Origin: an uncultured bacterium
Lineage (GTDB): Bacteria > Krumholzibacteriota > Krumholzibacteriia > JACNKJ01
Direction: 5' to 3'
DNA length: 64,000 nucleotides
Assembly (NCBI GenBank): GCA_963695095.1
Contig: CAVOFT010000001.1
Location: forward strand, 1,472,001-1,536,000
Within the stretch, counting starts at the first letter, position 1, and every line of letters starts with the position of its first letter. The notes under the pieces are model-generated. The model worked only from the letters and a program-made list of their open reading frames with translations. It was not told where the DNA came from and made no database searches. Shown here piece by piece: positions 48,954 through 59,065 of the stretch. Made by a program: the position numbers and the translations under genes.

Positions 48954-50879
48954 ATGAAGAGCAGAGTTCTATTCCTGGTCGCGGCCGCGCTGAGTCTGGC
49001 AGCGGTCGCCTCGGCCCAGCCCATCGTCACGATCTACGATCTGCAGACGGATCTGATCGCCGACAACACCGTGGTCACGGTCGAGGGCAAGGTCGTCACC
49101 GCCGTCGATGACATCCCCTCCGGGATGGGCTTCTTCATCCAGGAGCCGGCCGGCGGCCCGAATAGCGGCCTTTACGTGTTCGTGGGCACGGTGAACGTGC
49201 CGACCGTGATCATCGGCGACGTCGTCGACGTCACCGGTCTCTATGACGACTACTTTCCCGCCGGCGCCCCCGGCACCGGTCTCGCGGAGCTGAATCTCTC
49301 CGTGCCGCACGGCGGCCAGGGCAGCTACACCGTGGTCGGCAGCGGCCAGGTGCCCCAGCCCGTGCTCCTGCGCGCCTGGCAGACCCGGACCGCCAATCCG
49401 CTCGAGGCGGAGAAGTGGGAATCCGTGCTCGTCCGCCATGAGAGCGTGGCCAAGATCGCCACCGATCCCGGCTTCGGCGAGTGGTTCGGAGCGGAGTTCG
49501 GCTTCGCGGTCAACGACACCACCCGCTTCGACGACGGCCTGGGCACCTCCGGCCCGCCGGTGGGCACGCAGATGAGCTCGGTCACGGGCGTCCTCAACTT
49601 CACCTTCAACGACTTCAAGGTGACGCCCCGCGGCCAGTATGACATCGTCTACGTCGGCGCGGCGCCGGCCCCCAGCCTGCTCTGGGCGGCGGCCACCGGT
49701 GAGTCCAGCATCGACGTGCGCTTCGATCGGCCGGTGGAGGAGACCTCGGCCGAGAATTCGGGCAACTACTTCCTCGATCTGGGCGCCGTGAGCACGGCCA
49801 CCCTCGATCCGGGCGATCCCGAACTCGTCCACCTGGCGCTCGCCAGCCCGATGCTGACGGAAGTCCTGCTCACGCTCACGGTCATCGACGTGCAGAACAC
49901 GGACGGCGTGGCCATGGCGCCTGAAGCGACGCAGTTCTGGGGCGGCATCAATACCGTCGCCTTCTCGCAGTACCCGGATGCCGGCGGCGACTCCTCCGCC
50001 GTGGCTGGACAGATCGTCACCGTCAGGGGCGTCATCCACAGCAAGTACGATGTCTGGGGCAACCACGTCTACCTGCAGGAAGTCAACGGGGCGGCCGGGG
50101 CGCGCACGCCCTACAACGGCCTCGAGGTCTACCTGCCCGCCTACCTGCCGCAGCTCGCCGTGGGCGACATCGTCATCATCGCCGACGCGCAGACCGAGTA
50201 CTTCAACATGACCTCCTTCGTGCAGCCCTTCTACTACTTCGAGAAGGTGTCCAGCGGCAATCCGGTGCTCGCGCCCGAGGTGATCACCATCGGCGACATG
50301 AGCGACCCGAGCGTCTGGGAGCCCTACGAGGGCGCGCTGGTCCGCGTGGAGAACGTGACGGTGGTGGAGCGCGCGGGCGCCTGGAACTTCTACGACTGGA
50401 GCGTTACCCAGGACGACCTCAACTGGCTCAAGATCGGCGACATGGGCGACTACAGCTATCTCGAGGGCCTGGGCGACGAGCTCAACATCACGGGCACGCT
50501 GCGCTACGAGTTCGGCAACTTCGTGCTGATGCCGCGCAGCGACGCCGACATCGAGATCCTCTACCAGAACCCGCTGGGCGCGGACGGCCTGCCCGCGGGC
50601 GCCAGGATCGCGCTGGCGCAGAACCACCCGAATCCCTTCAACCCGAGCACGAAGATCAGCTTCGTCCTCGCCGAGCCCGGCGAGGCGCGCCTGGAGATCT
50701 TCGACACGGCCGGCCGTCTGGTGCAGACCCTCGCCGCGGGCCAGCTCGCGGCGGGCGGCCACGAGTTCGTCTGGGGCGGTGCGTCAGCCGCCGGCGGCCA
50801 GGCTCCCAGCGGCCTGTACTACTATCGGCTGAGCGCCAACGGCGAGAGCCAGACGCGCAAGATGCTGATGCTCAAGTAA
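48954..50879 (+). CDS. Secreted protein with repeated OB-fold-like modules and FlgD/T9SS-like C-terminal domain
   Basis: TIYDLQ..VTVEGKVV..FFIQE..SGLYVF..IGDVVDVTG, repeated as VTVRGVI..YLQE..GLEVY..VGDIV; QNHPNPFNP...RKMLMLK. Confidence 0.7.
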   Translation: MKSRVLFLVAAALSLAAVASAQPIVTIYDLQTDLIADNTVVTVEGKVVTAVDDIPSGMGFFIQEPAGGPNSGLYVFVGTVNVPTVIIGDVVDVTGLYDDYFPAGAPGTGLAELNLSVPHGGQGSYTVVGSGQVPQPVLLRAWQTRTANPLEAEKWESVLVRHESVAKIATDPGFGEWFGAEFGFAVNDTTRFDDGLGTSGPPVGTQMSSVTGVLNFTFNDFKVTPRGQYDIVYVGAAPAPSLLWAAATGESSIDVRFDRPVEETSAENSGNYFLDLGAVSTATLDPGDPELVHLALASPMLTEVLLTLTVIDVQNTDGVAMAPEATQFWGGINTVAFSQYPDAGGDSSAVAGQIVTVRGVIHSKYDVWGNHVYLQEVNGAAGARTPYNGLEVYLPAYLPQLAVGDIVIIADAQTEYFNMTSFVQPFYYFEKVSSGNPVLAPEVITIGDMSDPSVWEPYEGALVRVENVTVVERAGAWNFYDWSVTQDDLNWLKIGDMGDYSYLEGLGDELNITGTLRYEFGNFVLMPRSDADIEILYQNPLGADGLPAGARIALAQNHPNPFNPSTKISFVLAEPGEARLEIFDTAGRLVQTLAAGQLAAGGHEFVWGGASAAGGQAPSGLYYYRLSANGESQTRKMLMLK

Positions 50880-50952
50880 AACGGGCAGACCCGCCTCCTC
50901 CCGCGCACGAAACAACGTGCGCGTCCGGAGGCGGGCCAGCCCGCTCCGATTC

Positions 50953-50986
50953 GAGCCCGGCGGCTTCCGCGCCGGGCTCTGTTGTT
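50953..50986 (+). terminator. Putative terminator
   Basis: GAGCCCGGCG-7 nt-CGCCGGGCTC-TGTTGTT. Confidence 0.65.
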
Positions 50987-51089
50987 CCCAGGCGCGACCT
51001 CAGGTGTGGCCGCGCGCTTGCAAGGGGGGAAAGGCCGCGCGCGGCTCCGGATGTATCCGGGGCGGCAAGCGCCGGCGGGGGAGGGGACG

Positions 51090-52139
51090 ATGAAGCGCAT
51101 TGCTGCCTGTCTGTTCCTGCTGTGCCTGAGCGCCCCTGTTGGGGCGGCCATCGTGGCCGATCACGCCGCCGTCGCCGAGTGGGCCGAAATTCCGGCGGCG
51201 AGCTTCGCAGCGGTCCGCGATGAGTTCCACCTATTCTACGGCCACACTTCCCACGGCAGCCAGCTGATGACCGGCCTCGCCATGCTGGCCGGCGAAGACC
51301 CGGTGCTCTATGCGCTGCCGGCCATCCAGGAGACCGGCGGTGATCTCGGCCACATGGGCGACACGAGCTGGGTGGCGCCCACGCGCAGCTACCTCGATCA
51401 GCACCCGGAATGCAACGTGGTCGCCTGGTCCTGGTGCGGCGGCTGCTCGGACAATACGGAAGCCGGCATTGCGGCCTATCTCGCCGCCATGAGCCAGCTC
51501 GAGCTGGACTACCCGAACGTGCACTTCGTCTACATGACCGGGCACCTGGACGGCACGGGACCGAACGGCAACCTCTATCGCAGCAACGAACAGATCCGCG
51601 CCTACTGCGCCGCCCAAGACAAGGTGCTCTTCGACTTCGCTGACATCGAGAGCTGGGATCCGGACGGCGTCTATTATCCCGAGGACACCGATGCCTGCCT
51701 CTGGTGCGCGGACTGGTGCGCCGTCAATCCCTGCCCGGGCTGCGGCGGTTGCGCCCACTCGCACTGCTTCAACTGCTACCTGAAGGGCAAGGGCTTCTGG
51801 TGGCTGCTGGCGCGGCTCAGCGGTTGGCAGGCTGCGAGTGCGCCGCCCGCCGAGTTGCCGGCACCGCCGCGCCTGAGCCGGAACCATCCCAACCCCTTCA
51901 ATCCCGGCACCGCCTTCACCGTCACCCTGGGCGCGCCTGCTTGGGCCCGGCTCGAAGTGATCGACCTCGGCGGCCGCCGCGTCGCCCTGCTGCACGACGG
52001 CGAGCTGGAGGCCGGCGAGCAGCGCTTCCGCTGGGACGGCCGCGATGCCAGCGGCCTTGCCCTGGGCTCCGGCGTCTACCTTTGCCGGCTACGGGCGGCG
52101 GGTCGGGAGGAATGCCGCAAGCTGACCCTGCTCAAATAA
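51090..52139 (+). CDS. Secreted Cys/His-rich hypothetical protein with C-terminal sorting domain
   Basis: Signal peptide; YGHTSHGSQ, WSWCG, MTGHLDG, FDFADIES, CAHSHCFNC; NHPNPFNP...RKLTLLK. Confidence 0.7.
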   Translation: MKRIAACLFLLCLSAPVGAAIVADHAAVAEWAEIPAASFAAVRDEFHLFYGHTSHGSQLMTGLAMLAGEDPVLYALPAIQETGGDLGHMGDTSWVAPTRSYLDQHPECNVVAWSWCGGCSDNTEAGIAAYLAAMSQLELDYPNVHFVYMTGHLDGTGPNGNLYRSNEQIRAYCAAQDKVLFDFADIESWDPDGVYYPEDTDACLWCADWCAVNPCPGCGGCAHSHCFNCYLKGKGFWWLLARLSGWQAASAPPAELPAPPRLSRNHPNPFNPGTAFTVTLGAPAWARLEVIDLGGRRVALLHDGELEAGEQRFRWDGRDASGLALGSGVYLCRLRAAGREECRKLTLLK

Positions 52140-52229
52140 GTGCGCGCCCCTGGCGCTGCCGGCCAGGGCGCGCCGCTTCCGCCTGGGGTCGGCCATGGCG
52201 GCGATCCGGAATGTCGGCGCCTTGCCGGT

Positions 52230-52258
52230 TTGCAGGTGCTTCACCGCCGTGCTATCCT
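52230..52258 (+). promoter_or_regulatory. sigma70 promoter, probably giving a leaderless transcript
   Basis: TTGCAG-17-TATCCT with TG extension; ATG 7 nt downstream; no SD. Confidence 0.55.
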
Positions 52259-52265
52259 CCCCGGT

Positions 52266-54315
52266 ATGAACACGACCAGCACCCGCCGCCGCGTAGCCCT
52301 TCTCCTCCTCGCTTGCGGCCTCCTGGCTGGCGCGGCGGGTGGGGCCCGGGCCGGCTTCCTGCACCCCGAGGCGCCGCGCCTCATGAACTACTACCTGCGC
52401 ACGGATATTCCCGGCAAGGAGGTCTTCCTGGCCAACTGGGATCTGGTCGTGCTGCCCTACCAGCTCATCGACTGGGAGCCGATGAGCCTGGCCCTCATGA
52501 GACAGACCAATCCCGACCTGCGCATCCTGGCTTACATTGACCCGGTGCTGATCACGGACGCCCTGGGCGTGGACGACACGCCCGGCACGCTGCGCTACGA
52601 CTTCGTCACCGGGGTGCCGCCCGAGTGGCTGGCCTACACCGAGACCGGCGAGGTGATCTCCTTCTGGGCGCACGCCGAGCACGTCAACATCACTCCCGTC
52701 TGCCCGGTGGTGGGCGGCAAGCAGTTCCGCGACTACTTTGTCGACTTCCTCGCCCAGCGCTTCGGTCCGCTCATCGAGGCGGGCGTGATCCATGGCATCT
52801 TTCTCGACGAGATGAGCAGCGGCGGCTACCTCTGGTGGGACCCGCTGTTCGATGGCAGCTTCGACTACAACAACAACGGGCTCGCCGATCTCTACGAGGG
52901 CGGCATCGGCAGCGCGGGCATCCAGGCCTGGCTGGCCGACTCGCAGCGGATGATCGCCGACGGACTGCGCGCCGCCCTGCCCGCGGCGGCGGTGGTGATG
53001 GGCAACAACTCGCGGCCGCGCTTCGATGCCCTGCACGGCAAGCTCTACGAGGCCTTCCCCGGCGGTCGGGGCGAGGGCTACTTCGACGGCACCCTGATGG
53101 ACATGGACATCTGGAACTCCCTCGAGTTCGGGGACAACGTCACCTCCATCAACGCGGTCTATCCCTACGAGGAGCTGGGGGGCAGCCCCACGGACAAGCC
53201 GCCCTTCCGCTTCCGCTTCGCGGGCAGCCTGCTCGCGGACAACTACTTCAGCTACGACTTCACCACCTTCGATCACTACCAGGTCTGTCTGGTACGACCT
53301 CTTCAACCACGATCTCGGCCTGCCCCTGGGCCAGCGCTTCACGCTGGGCGAGAGCCCTCTGTTCGTCGACACCTTCGAGGGCGCCGTCGGACCCCACGTC
53401 GCGCCCTTCGCCCCGCACACGGCGACGAGCATCACCAGCGAGCCGGGACTCGTGCTGCAGGGGAACTCCTCGCTGCTCGTCACCACGAACAGCGTCGATC
53501 CCTTCCCGACGCTCTTCTACCTGCAGCCGCCCGGGGGCTTCCTGCCGGACACGAGCTACGTCATCTCCTTCCGCTACCGCGCCCTGGAAGTGGCGCAGGG
53601 CGAGACGCAGCTGTTCTTCAAGAAGAGCCCGGCGGATCCGGGCTCGCCCCCGGACCCGCCCACGACGACCACCCTCGTGCGCCCGGAGCCGGGCGCCGAA
53701 GGGCTCTACCGGGCCAAGGTCTACCTGGGCTCGCAGTCGAACTACAGCGTGCGGCTGATGACCAAGGGCGTCGTGAGCATGGTGATCGACTCGCTGAGCG
53801 TGGTCTTCGGCAACGGCGGCCTGCTCGCCCGCGAGTACGAGAACGGGCTCGTCGTCTGCAACGCCTCGGAGGAAGGCCAGGTCCTGGCCTACGATCCGCA
53901 GTGGCTGCTGCTGGGCGGCGACGGACAGGCGCAGGACTTCGCCCCCTGGCTGAGCGGGAGCCCGATCGTCCTGCCCAATGAAGACGGGGTGATCTTCGCC
54001 CGCAGCGGGACCGGTGCCGAGTTGCCGCCGCCGCCCGCCCGCCTGGGCCTGAGCGAGCCCTGGCCGAACCCCGGCAATCCGAGCTTCAGCCTGCGGGTCT
54101 GGGCCGAGGAGGGGCGCACCCTTGCCCTGGGCTTGCACGACATCCGGGGCCGCCGGCTGGCGCAGCTCTGGACCGGGCGGCCCGGGCCGAGCGGCCGCGT
54201 CCTCAGCTTCTCGCCGGGCGCCGGCGGGCTGCCGAGCCTGAGCTCGGGGGTCTACCTGCTGCGGGTCGAGGGCGGCGGGCTCAGCGCTCAGCGTCGCTGG
54301 GTCCTGCTGCGCTAG
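52266..54315 (+). CDS. Secreted putative glycoside-hydrolase-like TIM-barrel protein with C-terminal sorting domain (frameshift near 53288)
   Basis: WDLVVL, NPDLRILAY, GIFLDE, MGNN, REYENGLVVCN; degenerate PWPNPGNP...SSGVYLL...RRWVLLR. Confidence 0.6.
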
Positions 54316-54325
54316 GGCCCGCGGC

Positions 54326-55162
54326 ATGCACCAGCTCTACATCAGCCTGCCGCTCACCCAGTACCGCCGCTACGAGGCGGAGCTGTCCGTTCTGCCCGCG
54401 GGGCTCGAGATCCTCATCGACGAGGCCGCCCTCGCCCCGGCCTTCGCCGGCGAGCGCGCCGCCATCGCCGCGGCCCTGCGCGCCCAGGGCCGCCCCTGCC
54501 GCTTCCACGCCCCCTTCCGCGACCTCGCGCCCGGCGGGCAGGACAGCGAGGCTGTCCAGCTGGCCCGGCGGCGCCTGGGGGCGGCCATCGACCTCGCCCC
54601 CGACTTTGGCGTCACGGCGATGACCGCCCATCCCGGCTGGGATCCCCAGGGCAGCGGCACCGCCGAGGAGCGAGCGGGCTGGCTCGAGCGGAGCATCGCC
54701 TTCTGGTCGGCGCTGGGGGAGCGGGCCGCGGCGCGCGGCCTGCGCATCGACCTGGAGAACATCTTCGATCGCGATCCCGGCGCCCTCGGCGCGCTGCTCG
54801 CCGCCCTGCCCGCCGACCGCTTCGCCTGGCTCCTGGATCTCGGCCACTGGCACGCCTTCAGCTTCGCGCCCTTGAGCGAGTGGCTGGCCGCCCTCGGCCC
54901 CCGCCTGAGCAGCCTGCACCTGCACGACAACGGTGGCGCCTCGGATGACCACCGGGCCCTCGGCGCGGGCAGCCTGCCGCGGCGGGAGGCCCTGGCGGCA
55001 CTGCGGGGCCTGGCGCGGCCCCTGGACTGGGTGCTGGAGAACCGCAGCGCGGCGGATATCGCCACGAGCGTCCGCCATCTCGCCCAGGAATCAGGCATCG
55101 CTGAATTCGAGGGCCTCGCGGGGGCGGGGGAAAGGGCGGCGCCGCCCCCGCAGCGCCCTTGA
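54326..55162 (+). CDS. Sugar phosphate isomerase/epimerase (xylose isomerase-like/AP endonuclease 2 TIM barrel)
   Basis: HAPF, HPG, LEN, LDLGH, HLHDN, DDH, LE. Confidence 0.85.
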   Translation: MHQLYISLPLTQYRRYEAELSVLPAGLEILIDEAALAPAFAGERAAIAAALRAQGRPCRFHAPFRDLAPGGQDSEAVQLARRRLGAAIDLAPDFGVTAMTAHPGWDPQGSGTAEERAGWLERSIAFWSALGERAAARGLRIDLENIFDRDPGALGALLAALPADRFAWLLDLGHWHAFSFAPLSEWLAALGPRLSSLHLHDNGGASDDHRALGAGSLPRREALAALRGLARPLDWVLENRSAADIATSVRHLAQESGIAEFEGLAGAGERAAPPPQRP

Positions 55163-55187
55163 CAGCGGCGTAACCCTTTGTTAGCTT
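55159..55187 (+). promoter_or_regulatory. sigma70 promoter of rplM-rpsI-rpsB-tsf
   Basis: TTGACA-17-TAGCTT with TG extension. Confidence 0.75.
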
Positions 55188-55282
55188 GGGCTTTCGTTTC
55201 GATCCACCGAAGCGCCGGAACCAGACCCCAGGGTGAACGAGGGGTCCGCCTCTGCGCGCGGCAATCCTCAGATGGAGGAAGA

Positions 55283-55717
55283 ATGAAGACCCACGTCGCG
55301 AAGGCGGGGCAGGTCGGGGAGCACTGGTACATCGTGGATGCCGAGGGTCAGACCCTGGGCCGCCTCGCCACGCGTGTCGCCAGCATCATCCGCGGCAAGC
55401 ACCGCCCCGACTTCACGCCCCACGTGGACATGGGCGACCACGTGATCATCGTCAACGCCGCGAAGATCCATGTCACCGGCACCAAGGCCACGTCGAAGGT
55501 CTACACGCGCTACACCGGCTACCAGAGCGGCCTGCGCACGACGCGCCTGGACACGATGCTCGCCACCAAGCCCGGCGATGTCATCAGCCACGCGGTGCGC
55601 GGCATGCTGCCCAAGGGTCGCCTCGGGCGCAAACTCTGCCGGAAGCTGCGCGTTTACGCCGGCCCCGGTCATCCGCATGCGGCCCAGCAGCCCGAGCCGC
55701 TCACGATCGAGCGCTAG
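55283..55717 (+). CDS. rplM: 50S ribosomal protein L13
   Basis: [43 protein letters not shown]. Confidence 0.98.
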   Translation: MKTHVAKAGQVGEHWYIVDAEGQTLGRLATRVASIIRGKHRPDFTPHVDMGDHVIIVNAAKIHVTGTKATSKVYTRYTGYQSGLRTTRLDTMLATKPGDVISHAVRGMLPKGRLGRKLCRKLRVYAGPGHPHAAQQPEPLTIER

Positions 55718-55745
55718 AACGTCAATCGCAAGGAGTCCCGCTAAG

Positions 55746-56138
55746 ATGGCAGATTTCTTCAACGCCACCGGTCGCCGCAAGGAGTCGGTGGCCCGCGTGC
55801 GCGTGGTGATTCCCGGCCACGGCAAGCAGACCGTCAACGGCCGGCCCCTGGACGCCTACTTCGGCCGTCGCAACCTCATCATCGAGGTGCGCCAGCCGCT
55901 GGAGTACGTCGACATGATGGACTCCGTCGATGTCCACGCCACGGTGGCGGGCGGCGGCATCGCCGGCCAGGCGGGCGCGGTCCGCCTGGGCATCGCGCGG
56001 GCCTTGCTGACCAAGGACGAGGAGTTGAAGAAGACCCTGCGCGCCAGCGGCTGCTTGACCCGCGATCCGCGCATGAAGGAACGGAAGAAGTACGGTCAGC
56101 CCGGCGCCCGCAAGCGCTTCCAGTTCTCCAAGCGTTAG
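55746..56138 (+). CDS. rpsI: 30S ribosomal protein S9
   Basis: [33 protein letters not shown]...QFSKR. Confidence 0.98.
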   Translation: MADFFNATGRRKESVARVRVVIPGHGKQTVNGRPLDAYFGRRNLIIEVRQPLEYVDMMDSVDVHATVAGGGIAGQAGAVRLGIARALLTKDEELKKTLRASGCLTRDPRMKERKKYGQPGARKRFQFSKR

Positions 56139-56148
56139 TCGACCAAAC

Positions 56149-56228
56149 CACACACCGGTGGACTGGGCGCGCAGGTCTCCCCACGGGGAGCAACGCCCGG
56201 GATGAAGCCGGTGGCGGCAAGAACCTGC
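56149..56228 (+). ncRNA. rpsB (S2) leader, t44-like cis-regulatory RNA
   Basis: CACACACCGGT...GCCGGTG stem, inner GGGCG/CGCCC stem, possible pseudoknot GCAGGT/ACCTGC; directly upstream of rpsB. Confidence 0.7.
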
Positions 56229-56238
56229 AGGAGGCATC

Positions 56239-57108
56239 GTGAGCTATTCGATCACCATCAAGGACATGCTGGAGGCCGGCGTCCATTTCGGCCACCAGAC
56301 CCGACGCTGGAATCCGAAGATGAAGTCCTTCATCTTCGCCGAGAAGAACGGGATCTACATCCTGGATCTCCAGCAGACCCACCGGCTGGCCGCCATGGCC
56401 TACGAGAAGGTGCGCGAGATCTCCGGCGGGGGCGCGCCCATTCTCTTCGTCGGTCCCAAGAAGCAGGCCCAGGAGACGATCCGCGAGGAAGCCCAGCGCT
56501 GCGGGCAGTTCTTCGTCGTCGAGCGCTGGCTGGGCGGACTGCTCACCAATTTCCAGACGGTGCGCAAGAGCCTGGACAAGCTGGCCGACATCGAGAAGAT
56601 GGGGACCGACGGCCGCATCGAGCAGTTCAACAAGAAGGAGCGCATGCAGCTCGAGAAGACGCGGGACCGTCTGGAGCGCATGCTGGGCGGCATCCGGGGC
56701 ATGCAGAAGACCCCGGGCCTGATCTTCGTCGTCGACACCTCGCAGAGCGAGATCGCCATCAAGGAAGCGAACAAGCTCGGCGTGCCCGTCGTGGCCATGG
56801 TCGACACCAATTGCGACCCCGAGAAGGTGGACTTCCCGATTCCCGGCAACGATGACGCCATCCGCTCCATCCGGCTCTTCAGCCGCATGATCGCCGACGC
56901 CGTCATCGAGGGCGCGGCTGCCTTCAAGTCGCGCGAGCGCGAGGAGAAGGCGATGGTCGAGAAGGCTGCCGCCGAGAAGGCCGCCGAGCAGCGCCCGGCT
57001 CACCGCGCCGCCGGCGCCGAGGCCCGCGCGGAGGCCGCGCAGCGCGTGGCCGCCCGCATCAAGACCGCCGAGCCCGACGACGAGGCGCCGCTCGATCTGG
57101 ACGCCTAG
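56239..57108 (+). CDS. rpsB: 30S ribosomal protein S2
   Basis: [43 protein letters not shown]. Confidence 0.98.
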   Translation: MSYSITIKDMLEAGVHFGHQTRRWNPKMKSFIFAEKNGIYILDLQQTHRLAAMAYEKVREISGGGAPILFVGPKKQAQETIREEAQRCGQFFVVERWLGGLLTNFQTVRKSLDKLADIEKMGTDGRIEQFNKKERMQLEKTRDRLERMLGGIRGMQKTPGLIFVVDTSQSEIAIKEANKLGVPVVAMVDTNCDPEKVDFPIPGNDDAIRSIRLFSRMIADAVIEGAAAFKSREREEKAMVEKAAAEKAAEQRPAHRAAGAEARAEAAQRVAARIKTAEPDDEAPLDLDA

Positions 57109-57164
57109 CCTGCCGATCACCACCGCGAAGACGCCGACGAGGCAGCGAGGAGGAGGAGCCGATC

Positions 57165-57770
57165 ATGGCCGAGATCACCGCCAAACTGGTGAAGGAGCTC
57201 CGGGAGAAGACCGGCGCGGGGATGATGGACTGCAAGAAGGCGCTGGCCGAGAGCGGCGGTGACTACGAGAAGGCCGTCGACTACCTGCGCACCAAGGGTC
57301 TGGCCGACGCCAAGAAGAAGTCGGGTCGGGCCACCAAGGAGGGCCTCGTCTTCAGCTACATCCACCCGGGCGGCAAGGTGGGCGTGCTCGTCGAGATCGC
57401 CTGCGAGACGGACTTCGTCGCCCGCACGGAGCAGTTCCAGGAGCTCTGCAAGAACGTCGCCATGCAGGTGGCCGCGGCCGCGCCCCTGGCCGTCGATCGC
57501 ACCGCCCTCGATCCCGCGGTGGTCGCCCACGAGCTCGAGATCGCCCGCCAGCAGGCCCAGCAGTCCGGCAAGCCGGCGGCCATCCTCGAGAAGATCGCCA
57601 CCGGGCGCATCGAGAAGTACTACAGCGAGGTTTGCCTGCTCGAGCAGGCCTTCGTGAAGGACCCCGGCATGACCGTCAAGGATGTGCTGGATTCGACCAT
57701 CGGCACCCTGGGCGAAAACATGATCATCCGCCGCTTCGCCCGCTTCCAGCTGGGCGAAGATCTCTCCTGA
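57165..57770 (+). CDS. tsf: Elongation factor Ts (short form)
   Basis: VKELREKTGAGMMDCKKAL, CETDFVAR, RRFARFQLGE. Confidence 0.97.
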   Translation: MAEITAKLVKELREKTGAGMMDCKKALAESGGDYEKAVDYLRTKGLADAKKKSGRATKEGLVFSYIHPGGKVGVLVEIACETDFVARTEQFQELCKNVAMQVAAAAPLAVDRTALDPAVVAHELEIARQQAQQSGKPAAILEKIATGRIEKYYSEVCLLEQAFVKDPGMTVKDVLDSTIGTLGENMIIRRFARFQLGEDLS

Positions 57771-57777
57771 GTCGCCC

Positions 57778-58491
57778 ATGACGACGGCCGCCTATCAGCG
57801 CGTCGTCCTCAAGCTGAGCGGGGAGACCCTCGGCGGACCCGACGGCCTGGGCCTCGATTTCGAGCGGGCCCGCTCCCTGGCCCAGGAGCTGGCGGCTCTG
57901 AAGCAGCTGAACTGCGGGCTGATCCTGGTCGTGGGCGGCGGCAACTTCCTGCGCGGGCGCGCCGCCAAGGCCGCGGGGCTCGCCGCCATCCAGTCCGATC
58001 GCATCGGCATGCTGGCCACCGTGATGAACGCCATCGCTCTCGGTTCCCTGCTCAGCGCCGCGGGCGCCGCCGCCCGGGTCTTCAGCGCCGTGCCGCTCGC
58101 GCCTTTCGCCGAGCCCTACACGAGCGAGGCCGCCTTCGCCGCCCTGGCGCGGGGCGAGATCGTCCTCAGCGCCGGCGGCATCGGCCATCCCTTCTTCTCG
58201 ACGGACACGACGGCCGCCCTGCGGGCGGTCGAGCTGGGCGCCGACTGCCTGCTCAAGGCGACCACGGTGGACGGCGTCTTCTCTGCCGATCCCCGGCGCG
58301 ATCCCGAGGCGATCCGCCTGCCGCAGCTCAGCTTCGCCGAGGTGCTCGAGCGGCGCCTGGCCGTGATGGACGCCACCGCCTTCGCCCTCTGTCAGGATCA
58401 TGGGGTGCCGATTCGCGTCTTTGATTTTTCGCAGCCGGGTGCGCTGGAGCGGGTGCTGAAAGGCGAACCGCTCGGCAGCCTGGTCAGCTAG
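57778..58491 (+). CDS. pyrH: UMP kinase
   Basis: LKLSGE, VGGGNFLRG, PFFSTDT, VMDATA. Confidence 0.96.
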   Translation: MTTAAYQRVVLKLSGETLGGPDGLGLDFERARSLAQELAALKQLNCGLILVVGGGNFLRGRAAKAAGLAAIQSDRIGMLATVMNAIALGSLLSAAGAAARVFSAVPLAPFAEPYTSEAAFAALARGEIVLSAGGIGHPFFSTDTTAALRAVELGADCLLKATTVDGVFSADPRRDPEAIRLPQLSFAEVLERRLAVMDATAFALCQDHGVPIRVFDFSQPGALERVLKGEPLGSLVS

Positions 58492-58500
58492 GAGGAGCGC

Positions 58501-59058
58501 ATGGACAACGAATTGCTCGTCGATGTCGAAGAGCGCATGAGCAAGACCGTCCGCAGTACCGAGCACGAGTTCAGCCAGATCCGCGCCGGCCGCGCCAGCA
58601 CCAATCTGCTCGATGGGATCCGCGTCGACTACTACGGCACGCCCTCGCCGCTGAACCAGGTGGCCACCCTGGCCGTGCCCGAGGCGCGCCTGATCACGGT
58701 CTCGCCCTGGGAGAAGAAGATGCTGGGCGCGATCGAGAAGGCGATCCTGGCCGCCAACATCGGCCTCACGCCGCAGAATGACGGCAGTGTCCTGCGCATC
58801 AACATCCCCACCCTGACGGAGGAGCGGCGCAAGGACCTGGTCAAGCGCGTCAAGCAGCTCGCCGAAGAGGGGCGCGTGGCCGTGCGCAATGTGCGGCGCG
58901 CGGGCATCGAGCAGGCGAAGCAGCAGGAGAAGGAGCAGACCCTCAGCGAGGACGAGCTCAAGCGAGCCACCGACGGCATCCAGAAGCTCACCGATCGCTT
59001 CGTGGCCGAGATCGACAGCGCGCTGGAGAAGAGGGTCGCCGAGATCATGGAAGTCTGA
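58501..59058 (+). CDS. frr: Ribosome recycling factor
   Basis: IRAGRA, VDYYG, LTEERRKDLVK, VAVRNVRR. Confidence 0.97.
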   Translation: MDNELLVDVEERMSKTVRSTEHEFSQIRAGRASTNLLDGIRVDYYGTPSPLNQVATLAVPEARLITVSPWEKKMLGAIEKAILAANIGLTPQNDGSVLRINIPTLTEERRKDLVKRVKQLAEEGRVAVRNVRRAGIEQAKQQEKEQTLSEDELKRATDGIQKLTDRFVAEIDSALEKRVAEIMEV

Positions 59059-59065
59059 GGAGCGC

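Noticed and set aside
57165..57770. Short EF-Ts as a truncation
   Set aside because: The ~200-aa EF-Ts form is a known normal variant in several phyla
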